Assembly: GCA_963669175.1 (NCBI GenBank)
Contig: OY769902.1
Coordinates: forward strand, 1,376,001 to 1,440,000
Origin: a bacterium
GTDB lineage: Bacteria > Electryoneota > Electryoneia > Electryoneales > Electryoneaceae
Reading direction: 5' to 3'
DNA: 64,000 bases
Of this stretch, positions 1 to 8,565 are shown one piece after another. Below the pieces are notes generated by a model. The model did not search any database. It had not been told where the DNA came from and was given only the letters and a program-made list of their open reading frames with translations. Within the stretch, counting starts at the first letter, position 1. Each line of letters begins with the position of its first letter. Both the position numbers and the translations under genes were made by a program.

Positions 1-68
1 GGGGGGAGGTTGTGTGATTGTAAGGATCAAACTTCAAGAGGTTCATGAAGAACTTAGTACACCATTAA

Positions 69-86
69 TGGCAAGAACGAGGCCAA
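69..86 (-). promoter_or_regulatory. Putative sigma54 (-24/-12) promoter firing leftwards out of the window
   Basis: Minus strand reads TTGGCCTCGTTCTTGCCA (TGGC...TTGC with exact GG-N10-GC spacing). It lies just downstream of a sigma54 activator gene, with an AT-rich upstream region. Confidence 0.6.
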
Positions 87-180
87 TATTGTACAGGGTA
101 AAAAAGTCAACCTAAGGTGTTGTTATTAAGTTGAATGAAAGTGGTTGTCGTGGAATTGAAAAAGCTATATTTTGCAATAA

Positions 181-351
181 TGACACGTATTATGAAACAG
201 TGGAAGCGTGTGCAGAAAGCACAAGTCGGTGTGTGATAAGTGTAACAAATGAAAAAATAGTAAAATAACCCCGGTGGGTGGAATCCTGAAATCAATAAAG
301 CGCACTACTTTATTATGTGGGATACTGAAACATTATTATGAAATTTGAAAT
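181..351. promoter_or_regulatory. Candidate enhancer (UAS) sites for the sigma54 activator
   Basis: Repeated TG(A/T)AAC-like half sites at 181 (TGACACG), 193 (TGAAACA), 241 (TGTAACA), 250, 326 (TGAAACA), 339 and 346, about 100-270 bp upstream of the sigma54 motif. Confidence 0.35.
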
Positions 352-362
352 AAACGTGGTGA

Positions 363-2093
363 TCAGTCACTCTTGGCTTTTTTCAGCATACGATAGAGCG
401 TAACTCTGCTGATGCCGAGAGCCTGGGCAGTGCGTGTACGGTCGCCGTTCATCTGTTCCAGCATTGCCTGGGCTTCATCCGGAGTCGATTTTGGGGGACG
501 GCCCGGCCCACGACGGACATGTTGTTTATCTTCACGTGCGCGTTGTACTGCCTCGGGAAGGTGCTCGATGTCGATCAGCTCGCCACGGCACCGCAGGGCG
601 GCATACTGGACCGCGTTTGCCAGTTCGCGAATGTTTCCGGGCCAGTCATACTCGATCATACGTTCCATGGCATGGCGTGTGTAAGCTTTTGCGGGTTTAT
701 TTGTTTCGACTGCGTGCAGGTTGCGGAAATGGTCAATCAGAAGCGGTATATCGCCGCGACGGTCGCGTAGAGCAGGGAGATCGAGCGGCACAACTGCAAG
801 ACGGTAGAAGAGATCCTCGCGGAAGAGCCCTTTTTCAATTGCCTTTTTCAGATTACGGTTTGTGGCGCACAGGATTCGCACATCCACTTGGACAGGTTTG
901 TCGGCGCCGACAGGTTGGAAGCTTTTATCCTGCAATACACGGAGCAGTTTAACCTGGATTGTCTGAGGTAATTCAGCGATCTCATCGAGGAATATGGTCC
1001 CTGTATGAGCCTGCTGGAAATACCCTTTTTTATCACGAATTGCTGATGTAAAGGCGCCTTTGACATGCCCGAATAGTTCACTTTCCAGTGTTCCTTCGGG
1101 TAGAGCAGCACAATTGACAACCACAAAGGGTTTGCTGGAACGTGGCCCGATATTGTGCAGCGCTCGTGCGACCATCTCTTTCCCGGTACCGCTTTCGCCC
1201 TGGATAAGAACAGGTACATTTACATCAGCCAATTCTCGAATCGTACCGAAGATTCTCTGCATTTCATCATCACGACCGATCATGCCCTCAAAGCCGAGCC
1301 CGCGCTCCAATCTTTTCCGCAGGTGCATCATTTCGGTGAGGTCACGGAAAATGATCAGGGAACCCCTCTCATTTTTTCCGGGGATCTCGATTTGCGTACA
1401 CGTCAGGTCCAGGATGATTTCCTGGTTATCCTTGCCACGTGTGAAAGAAACATGCACATGCTTAGTGTCATCCGAACAATTATGGTCTGCAGCGTTGAAC
1501 CAGGCAGGCAAAACAGAAGCGCAGGATTGCCCAATAACATCACCGAAGGAGAGACCGGTGATACGTTCTGCAGAAGTGTTAAAAAAGAACACTCTTCCGG
1601 AACCGTCGTAGGCCATGACGCCATCGGTCATATTGTTCAGGATGGCGCCGAATGTGCCCCGCATCTGGTGAATAGAATCGAAATAACCATGTTCGAAAAA
1701 CTGACGTGTCCGGTCTCGGATTTCATCACGAAGACGTTTGAAATAGGGACGCGGGTCTTCGCTTGGTTGCGTCAACTTCACCGGGTCCGTGAGTGACCAG
1801 TGAATACGTGTCGGGCTGCCGGGGAATGTTGGGCACTGTTCATGAGCTTTTTCGCAAAGGGTAACGACGACATCGTACGGTTCACTCGCGGCATTATCCA
1901 GGTTGGGTTCATTCCTGTCAGGGATGGAATAGCCCAGTTCGTTCATCAACTCGATGACAACCGGATTAATTGGATCAGAGTTGTCGGCGGCGCTACGGAT
2001 CAGAGTATCTGCCGGCGCGAACCTTTTAGCGAAGGCTTCCGCCATCTGGCTGCGCCCAGACGTCCCGGTGCAAAGGAATAGAACTCGAAACAT
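363..2093 (-). CDS. Sigma54-dependent enhancer-binding protein with N-terminal ArsC/LMW-PTP domain and PAS domain
   Basis: N-terminus VLFLCTGTSGRSQMAE, TLC...CP and HW..TDP (ArsC fold); PAS; AAA+ with GESGTGKE, ESELFGHVKGAFTSA, FLDEI, REDLFYRL and WPGNIREL; C-terminal Fis HTH (ALGISRVTLYR). Confidence 0.9.
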   Translation of the reverse strand: MFRVLFLCTGTSGRSQMAEAFAKRFAPADTLIRSAADNSDPINPVVIELMNELGYSIPDRNEPNLDNAASEPYDVVVTLCEKAHEQCPTFPGSPTRIHWSLTDPVKLTQPSEDPRPYFKRLRDEIRDRTRQFFEHGYFDSIHQMRGTFGAILNNMTDGVMAYDGSGRVFFFNTSAERITGLSFGDVIGQSCASVLPAWFNAADHNCSDDTKHVHVSFTRGKDNQEIILDLTCTQIEIPGKNERGSLIIFRDLTEMMHLRKRLERGLGFEGMIGRDDEMQRIFGTIRELADVNVPVLIQGESGTGKEMVARALHNIGPRSSKPFVVVNCAALPEGTLESELFGHVKGAFTSAIRDKKGYFQQAHTGTIFLDEIAELPQTIQVKLLRVLQDKSFQPVGADKPVQVDVRILCATNRNLKKAIEKGLFREDLFYRLAVVPLDLPALRDRRGDIPLLIDHFRNLHAVETNKPAKAYTRHAMERMIEYDWPGNIRELANAVQYAALRCRGELIDIEHLPEAVQRAREDKQHVRRGPGRPPKSTPDEAQAMLEQMNGDRTRTAQALGISRVTLYRMLKKAKSD

Positions 2094-2406
2094 GTTGACT
2101 CGACAAGTGTTATGGTTGTGTTCCCTGCTATCAATTTAGGCTAAAGACTTCAGGGAGCGAACTCAAAAATGCAACAAAACCTTGCTCTTGGTGCTGAAAG
2201 TTCCAGTCGAAAGTCAAGTATACAGGAATACTGGGTGAAAGAAAAGACCGTTTCAGCACACACAGAAGAGTTTGTGTAACAATCCATATGAATTGATACT
2301 CCTGATGCTGTAAGGGGATGGATCGTTTTCGAACCACTGGACCACTAGCTCGCTGGTAAGGCAGGCGAATCTGATCTTTCTCCGAATAACTGGCAGAACA
2401 CGTGGA

Positions 2407-5400
2407 ATGTTGTTTCTCAAGTATATTACCTTGGGACGGGATAAGAACAGAATTGCAGGGGGATTTGGCCGGGTGTATTCAATGCACATGACTGGAAAGC
2501 GCCACTGGGGAGGCAGGGTGTTATATATCCTTTGCACACTGGTCATCCTGTTTATCCCTTTGCAACTCCACGCCCTGCCGCAGTACTCCTTTTATACTTA
2601 CGATGAAGCCCATGTTCCGGATCTGGGAGAGTTTCACGGCATAATGCAGGACAGCCGTGGGATGATCTGGATCTGGGGGTCGCGTGGCGCTGCATTCTAT
2701 GACGGCGGACGTTTTCGACACCTTACCCAGGCAGATGGCTTGCCGGCAGATTACTGTTACAAAGTCCGTGAGAATCCAGATGGGACCATCTATTTTGCCA
2801 CCTACGGCGGCGTTGCCACTTTCGATGTGTTAGCCGATAAGCTGGAAATCATATCGCTCTCGGTTGCCCGAGGTCCGGCCAGGGATGTGTACTTCTACAA
2901 AGATGTCATGTTTGTAGCTTTTGATGCCGGTGTATACTTCATCAAGGAAAACTACTGGTATCCGGTCTATGCCCTGATCAGAGGAGTTACCGAGCAGGGC
3001 TCGATGATCAATGCCATCTGTCCCGGGCCTGCTCCCAACAAGGTATGGCTTGCATCGGAATATGCCGGTGTTGTTGAGCTGGATCTGGACAAGACCCTTG
3101 AGATGTATACCCTGAGTGATCCCGCCATGCAGAAAGAGCTGGAGCTTCTCGGAAATCAGCAATTCCAGGAGAAATATCCCGGTGTGTTGATGGAAAACGG
3201 TGATCACTTCCTGTTTTTTGATGCGAAGGATATTGCGGTACTGTTGGAAAACAGGAAAATGCAGTCCTTGCAGCGTGTGGTTGTCCCCAAACCGGAAGGG
3301 TGGGACCGTTGGCCTGTCTATAATGTTTTTGAAACCAATGATGGGAATTGGTATACATTTGCTTTGGGTGGTTTATACATCATTGAAGAAGGTGAAGCGA
3401 AATTCCATGACCCTTCCGATGGTACGGATCTGAAGATAATCTCCGGCGCTGGACTGACTCCTGACGGAAATATGTATGTGCTTTCCGACAAAGGAGTATG
3501 CGTCGTTCACCCCGATTCGGTTCAGCATTTTTCGCCGGAAACGGGCCTCCCCGGCAATACAGTACAGACTTTTATGCAGGACCGTGACGGGGGCTTCTGG
3601 TTCGGTCAATCGGCAGGGGAAGTATCAAGGCTGGTGACCCAGGCTGTACACCTTTTCCCCGGGAATGAATACGCTTTGCTCAATGATGTTGTCCGGGCTG
3701 CGCCACGGCCTGATGGTGGCTTGCTTCTTGGCGGTCCCAATGGCTTCAGTGTATATAAAGACAGGGATTTAACAACTGCGTTGGCGCTTTCAGAAGGCAT
3801 TCGCGGCTTTGATTTCGACAAAAACGGTAATCTTCTGATAGCTACTGATTTCAGTATCACGCTTGCTGACTTCTCGCAAAGGGCCGGCAAGACCCTGATG
3901 CATTTCAGCAAACCGACAGAAGGCAGCATTTTCTGCAAACGTGATGTTGTGGGCAATGTCTGGATCACGATTGCGGGGCAGTTATTCTGCTGGAATGGTA
4001 AAAAACTCACTGACTTCAAAGATTACCTGCTGGATGTGGTCTACCCGGTTCTCCTGTATACAGCATCGGATACCACGATCTACATTTCCAACTGGAACGA
4101 TATTGTCAGGATGAGAGGCGAGGAAAAAACAATCTATCATAAGATTGGAATCATGCGGGAAGAGGCATCACGATTTGACTTTTCGGAAGCCTTTTGGGCA
4201 GAAGAAAACCGGCGACGAGTATTTCCACGTGAGCAATTCTCCGATAACCTGGCTGCATTTTGCGCTGAAGAAGGTCCGGATGGCGCTATCTGGTTTGGAA
4301 CTTTTAATGCCGGGATTATCCGTGTCGATGGTGATTCAGTCAACAACTGGGATTCTCGACATGGTCTGCCAGGCAACCGATTCATGTCGGTATACAAAGA
4401 TTACGACGGTGATTTGTATTTCCTTGGGGTAGACGGCGTTGTGCAAGTGGATGAATCCGGTCCGCACCCACTTGACCTGGATTTACCGGAACGGATACAG
4501 CTGGATAATATGATAAAGGATCGTGAAGGACGATTCTATTTTGCTACGACAATGGGCCTGCTGGTTATTGACGGAGATCGGCAATTTATCCTGGATCGTG
4601 GCTTTGGCCTGGAGGAGAGCTGGGTAAACTTCCTGACCCAGACAGAAGATGGAGAGATTGTAGCTGTTCAACCAAACGGTCTGTATACATTTTATCCGGA
4701 AGACCTGTTTTCTTCTTTGCAGGGAGATAAAAACAAACCCTTTGTCACCAGCCTGATCGCAGATGGTGTTCATTATCCTATTGGTGAATCAATCCGGCTG
4801 CCTGTCGGGGTGCGTGATTTCACGACACAGTTTACGTTGCCGACCTATTTGAATGAATCGCGGCATCTGTTTTCCTGGCGAATGGAAGGATTGGAGAATG
4901 AGTTCACCCCCTGGCAATCAACTCGCCAGGCAGCTTTTGAACGTGTCCCACCGGGACGGTATGTCTTCCATCTCAAATCTATGGATGGTCTGGGGCGAAA
5001 ATCTGAAATTGCAATACCGGTCGAAGTTATTATTCCGCCTTCTTTCTATGAAACACTTGCATTCCGCATCATTATGATAATGCTTGTCCTGGCGGCATTG
5101 GCCGGTCTGTATTCCTGGCGTATGCACCAGGAGAAAGTTACCCAATTACGGCTTGAAGCGATGGTAAAGCAACGTACGACAGAACTCGAGGAAGCATTAT
5201 ATCGACTGGAAGAATCAAAAAAATGGGAAATCGAAACAGAGCGACTACGCGCAGTACAAAAAATGGCTGCCAGCGTTGCTCATGAATTCAACAATCCCCT
5301 TACCGTGGTACAGGGCGTATTCCAGATCAATGAGAAAAAATTGCGTGAAACCACAGATCAAAACACGCAGCAGATGTTGGATATGGTCCCACGTCACCTT

Positions 5401-5535
5401 CAACGGATGAAAGATCTCGTTCGCAAACTTACCAGTATTACCCACCTGAAAGAAATGGGTTACACAGAAGATGTATCTATCATTGATATCCATGCTTCTG
5501 CTGATCCGGGGAAAGGCAATCCTGAAAACAATTGA
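2407..5535 (+). CDS. Periplasmic beta-propeller (Reg_prop)/Y_Y_Y sensor with HisKA (DHp) domain but no HATPase domain
   Basis: Signal peptide; repeated GLP.N/D..G..W propeller motifs; Y_Y_Y region (FSWRMEG...PPGRYVF); TM helix; H-box AHEFNNPL. The protein ends about 85 aa after the His. The true start may be 2482 or 2488. Confidence 0.85.
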   Translation: MLFLKYITLGRDKNRIAGGFGRVYSMHMTGKRHWGGRVLYILCTLVILFIPLQLHALPQYSFYTYDEAHVPDLGEFHGIMQDSRGMIWIWGSRGAAFYDGGRFRHLTQADGLPADYCYKVRENPDGTIYFATYGGVATFDVLADKLEIISLSVARGPARDVYFYKDVMFVAFDAGVYFIKENYWYPVYALIRGVTEQGSMINAICPGPAPNKVWLASEYAGVVELDLDKTLEMYTLSDPAMQKELELLGNQQFQEKYPGVLMENGDHFLFFDAKDIAVLLENRKMQSLQRVVVPKPEGWDRWPVYNVFETNDGNWYTFALGGLYIIEEGEAKFHDPSDGTDLKIISGAGLTPDGNMYVLSDKGVCVVHPDSVQHFSPETGLPGNTVQTFMQDRDGGFWFGQSAGEVSRLVTQAVHLFPGNEYALLNDVVRAAPRPDGGLLLGGPNGFSVYKDRDLTTALALSEGIRGFDFDKNGNLLIATDFSITLADFSQRAGKTLMHFSKPTEGSIFCKRDVVGNVWITIAGQLFCWNGKKLTDFKDYLLDVVYPVLLYTASDTTIYISNWNDIVRMRGEEKTIYHKIGIMREEASRFDFSEAFWAEENRRRVFPREQFSDNLAAFCAEEGPDGAIWFGTFNAGIIRVDGDSVNNWDSRHGLPGNRFMSVYKDYDGDLYFLGVDGVVQVDESGPHPLDLDLPERIQLDNMIKDREGRFYFATTMGLLVIDGDRQFILDRGFGLEESWVNFLTQTEDGEIVAVQPNGLYTFYPEDLFSSLQGDKNKPFVTSLIADGVHYPIGESIRLPVGVRDFTTQFTLPTYLNESRHLFSWRMEGLENEFTPWQSTRQAAFERVPPGRYVFHLKSMDGLGRKSEIAIPVEVIIPPSFYETLAFRIIMIMLVLAALAGLYSWRMHQEKVTQLRLEAMVKQRTTELEEALYRLEESKKWEIETERLRAVQKMAASVAHEFNNPLTVVQGVFQINEKKLRETTDQNTQQMLDMVPRHLQRMKDLVRKLTSITHLKEMGYTEDVSIIDIHASADPGKGNPENN

Positions 5536-5615
5536 GAGTTTTTCAGGAAAAGGGTACACCCAAGTTTTCATAGAAAGTTCGATTGTAAAACGATTGTGTG
5601 TATAAGGGGTATTCC

Positions 5616-6719
5616 ATGCGTTACGGTAGAATCGCCTACATGAACTGGACCAAACAGACGTATTCGAACTGGCCGGAGGGGGCGGTGGATTTTGGCGCTT
5701 CCGGTGTTCCGATGCCGGTTCAGAGCCTGCATGACCTTGGTATCGATACATCAAAGCTTCCCCTGGGTGGTCCCAATCATTACGGCTACGCGAAGCTCAG
5801 GGAAGGACTTGCCAACCGGTATGGGGTGGAGCCCACGCAGGTAATTCCCACAGAGGGGACCAGCATGGCAAACTTTATCCTGCTGGCCGCTTTGACCACC
5901 CCCGGAGATTCCATACTGGTGGAATCGCCAGTTTATGAGTGCATGTCCGGCCCGGTGGAAAGCCTCGGCTGCAACATATCCTGGCTGGAACGACGTGAAG
6001 AAAACGGCTGGGTCATTGATATTGATCAGATCAAGTCGATGATGAATGAAAAGACCAGGGGAATTTTTATCTCCAACTGTCACAATCCAACCGGACAGTA
6101 TACGCCAGATGAGGTAATCATTGAGATTGCGGATATTCTTGGCGAGGATCGGTTTGTCCTGGTGGATGAGGTCTACCGTGAAGGTCTTCCGGATCAGAAC
6201 GCCCGGACTGTCGCACTAAAACGCGCCAACATCTTTTCCACATCCAGCTTGACAAAAGTTTGGGGGTTCGGGGCGCTGCGTTGTGGCTGGGCAATAGCGC
6301 CTGAAGCGGTGATCAAGAAAATGTACCTGGCATATGACCATATGGGCGTGGTTACACCCTTCCTGTCAAACTGGATTTCCGGAGAACTGGTTTCGGATGC
6401 GACACTGTTAAACGACTATCGTCAGAAAGCTCTGGACCATCTGGCCGAATCACGAAAGCTGGTTGACGATTTTCTCGCAACCGGTGATGCAGAGAGAATT
6501 CATACCATCGCGCCTGCTGCCGGTGGTGTGGGGTTCTGGCGTATTGAAGGAATGGACGGCGATACAATAGCGGACCGTCTCCTGGCTGAAGCGGGTGTCT
6601 TTGTTGTTCCCGGAAAATACTTCCGTGCACCGGAGGGGTTCCGTGTCGGCTGGACTCAGGGACCGGAGGTTACCGAACAGGCGCTGGCGCTAATTGCGGA
6701 ATGGCTACGAAGCCTGTAA
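5616..6719 (+). CDS. PLP-dependent aminotransferase class I/II
   Basis: NCHNPTG, VDEVY, SSLTKVWGFGALRCGW (PLP lysine) and VVPG..F...FR. ATG at 5616 follows AAGGGG. Confidence 0.9.
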   Translation: MRYGRIAYMNWTKQTYSNWPEGAVDFGASGVPMPVQSLHDLGIDTSKLPLGGPNHYGYAKLREGLANRYGVEPTQVIPTEGTSMANFILLAALTTPGDSILVESPVYECMSGPVESLGCNISWLERREENGWVIDIDQIKSMMNEKTRGIFISNCHNPTGQYTPDEVIIEIADILGEDRFVLVDEVYREGLPDQNARTVALKRANIFSTSSLTKVWGFGALRCGWAIAPEAVIKKMYLAYDHMGVVTPFLSNWISGELVSDATLLNDYRQKALDHLAESRKLVDDFLATGDAERIHTIAPAAGGVGFWRIEGMDGDTIADRLLAEAGVFVVPGKYFRAPEGFRVGWTQGPEVTEQALALIAEWLRSL

Positions 6720-7547
6720 GCCCCTGTTGCCGTTGACGCTGATGTCTTTATCATTCTGATCGTCATCCTTTGCATCCGACGACTTATTTTCTTTCTGATC
6801 GGGACAATCGTGTTCCGGTCTTTTTGTTTCCTGTCGATATGAGAACGGTCCGGTGAACAGCGCCTTGGCGCCTTCGATCTGTTCATTCAGGTCTTCGGCA
6901 ATATCCAGCATGGTTCGGGTACTGCCGGCATAAGTCGAGGTTTTTATCGAGCTGTGTGATGCCATGTCGGTTAAGCTGGCGATCACACGATGGATTTTGT
7001 CTGTCTGTTCGTCAAGAGTATCCAGCAGTTCACGCACTTCGTCAGAATTCTCCGGATCGATCAGTCGAGTTCGTCCTCGGATGACCGATAACGCATTATT
7101 GATGTAATGGGCAATGGTGATCATCAGTTGGGAAAGGGTTTCGGCCCGTGCGCGCGCCTGGGCCTGAATCGCTTCACGCCGTTTATGCAGCCGCAGGTTT
7201 ACTCGTGCAAGAAGTTCACGAGGTTCAAAAGGCTTGATGACATAATCTTCGCCGCCGAGTTCATAGCCGGTTTGTTTATCGGATGCGCTGTCCTTGCTGG
7301 TTACAAAAACGATAGGCGGGGGATTATCCTTGCTGACAGCGTTAATCTCACGAGCTGCCGAGAAACCATCCATGTTGGGCATGACCACATCCATCAGGAT
7401 CAGGTCCGGTTTCAGGAGGATAGCCTTCTGTACACCTTCGAGACCGTCACGCGCCAGGAAGACACGGAACCCTGCATCCTGAAGCATGGACTTTAACGCT
7501 TCACGATAAAGCTTCTGATCGTCAACAACCAGGATACGTTCCTTCAT
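6705..7547 (-). CDS. Response regulator: REC domain plus HisKA-like (DHp) helix pair, no catalytic domain
   Basis: ILVVDD, LMDVVMPNMDG, VIKPF, then AHYINNAL. Start taken at MKERIL (7547) after a GAGGTG RBS. Confidence 0.85.
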   Translation of the reverse strand: MKERILVVDDQKLYREALKSMLQDAGFRVFLARDGLEGVQKAILLKPDLILMDVVMPNMDGFSAAREINAVSKDNPPPIVFVTSKDSASDKQTGYELGGEDYVIKPFEPRELLARVNLRLHKRREAIQAQARARAETLSQLMITIAHYINNALSVIRGRTRLIDPENSDEVRELLDTLDEQTDKIHRVIASLTDMASHSSIKTSTYAGSTRTMLDIAEDLNEQIEGAKALFTGPFSYRQETKRPEHDCPDQKENKSSDAKDDDQNDKDISVNGNRGLQAS

Positions 7548-7801
7548 ATCATCACCTCGCTTTCCTTCTCTCTGCATTGCTCATTCTCTATTTTTGCGAA
7601 TCCAGACTTGCGTTTTCTTAGAAACAACGTACACAGGGATGCTCGTAAAGAATGTGATGAAGATCAAAAACGGAGAGACTATCTCTTTGGTTTTTAAAAA
7701 GTTTTCGCTGTTTTTCGGAAAATAAGGATTCAAGGAAAACGCGGACGCGCTACTCACGCAGAGCATGATAGATAATCTGACACGTTGCGGCTGAAAAGGA
7801 A

Positions 7802-8563
7802 CTACAACCCGAGTACCTTTCTTTCTTCATCGAGGTTGGATGGCTTGAGTCGTATCAACCAACCTTCTCCGTATGGGTCCAGGAGAGCGCCGGTGGGGTC
7901 GTTCAGGACAAGTTGATTCACCTCTACTACTTCCCCGGAAAGCGGGGACAGAATATTGTGGGAACTCATATCGGATGTGAAGGCCTGGAAAAAGACACCG
8001 CCCTGGCGAAGTTCATCGCCAACTTCCGGAAGGTAAACGGTTTGAATCTTGCCGATCATGCTGATGAAATGGTGTTCGGTACCGATCAAGGCGTTGCCAT
8101 TATCCTCGATCATAATCCATACATGTTCACCGACATTCTTGAACCCTTCTTCGATGCCGTTACCCGAGCCGTTATTGCTGGTTGCGCCGGATCTGCGCAA
8201 GTCGGCCGCCCGCTGAACAACACCACGCAGCTCCGCACGGGTGAATGGCTTGGCGATATAGTCGAAAGCGCCCAGTTGCATGGCCTGCAAAGCTGTATTG
8301 ATAGTGGCGTAACCGGTGACCATGATTACGGGTGAATCCGGGTATTGTTTCTTGACTACCGCCATCAGTTCGAGGCCATCCATCTCGGGCATCATCAGGT
8401 CGGTCAAGACGATATCGATCTGGTTGTGCTGGAGGATGTCCAGCGCAGTTCCGGCAGATAATGCAGTCAGCACCTCGTATGGTTCTTTGCGAAGATGTTT
8501 CCTGATGCTGTCCAGCACGATCTGTTCGTCATCGACTACCAGTACGTTCAGTGTATCGCTCAT
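7802..8563 (-). CDS. Response regulator fused to a GcvH-like (lipoyl-domain fold) module
   Basis: REC (VLVVDDE, TDLMMPEMDG, AKPF). C-terminal EHVWI...IG...LPEVGD...SPLSGEVVEVN...DPYGEGWL matches glycine cleavage H protein, but the lipoyl Lys is absent. Confidence 0.85.
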   Translation of the reverse strand: MSDTLNVLVVDDEQIVLDSIRKHLRKEPYEVLTALSAGTALDILQHNQIDIVLTDLMMPEMDGLELMAVVKKQYPDSPVIMVTGYATINTALQAMQLGAFDYIAKPFTRAELRGVVQRAADLRRSGATSNNGSGNGIEEGFKNVGEHVWIMIEDNGNALIGTEHHFISMIGKIQTVYLPEVGDELRQGGVFFQAFTSDMSSHNILSPLSGEVVEVNQLVLNDPTGALLDPYGEGWLIRLKPSNLDEERKVLGL

Positions 8564-8565
8564 GG

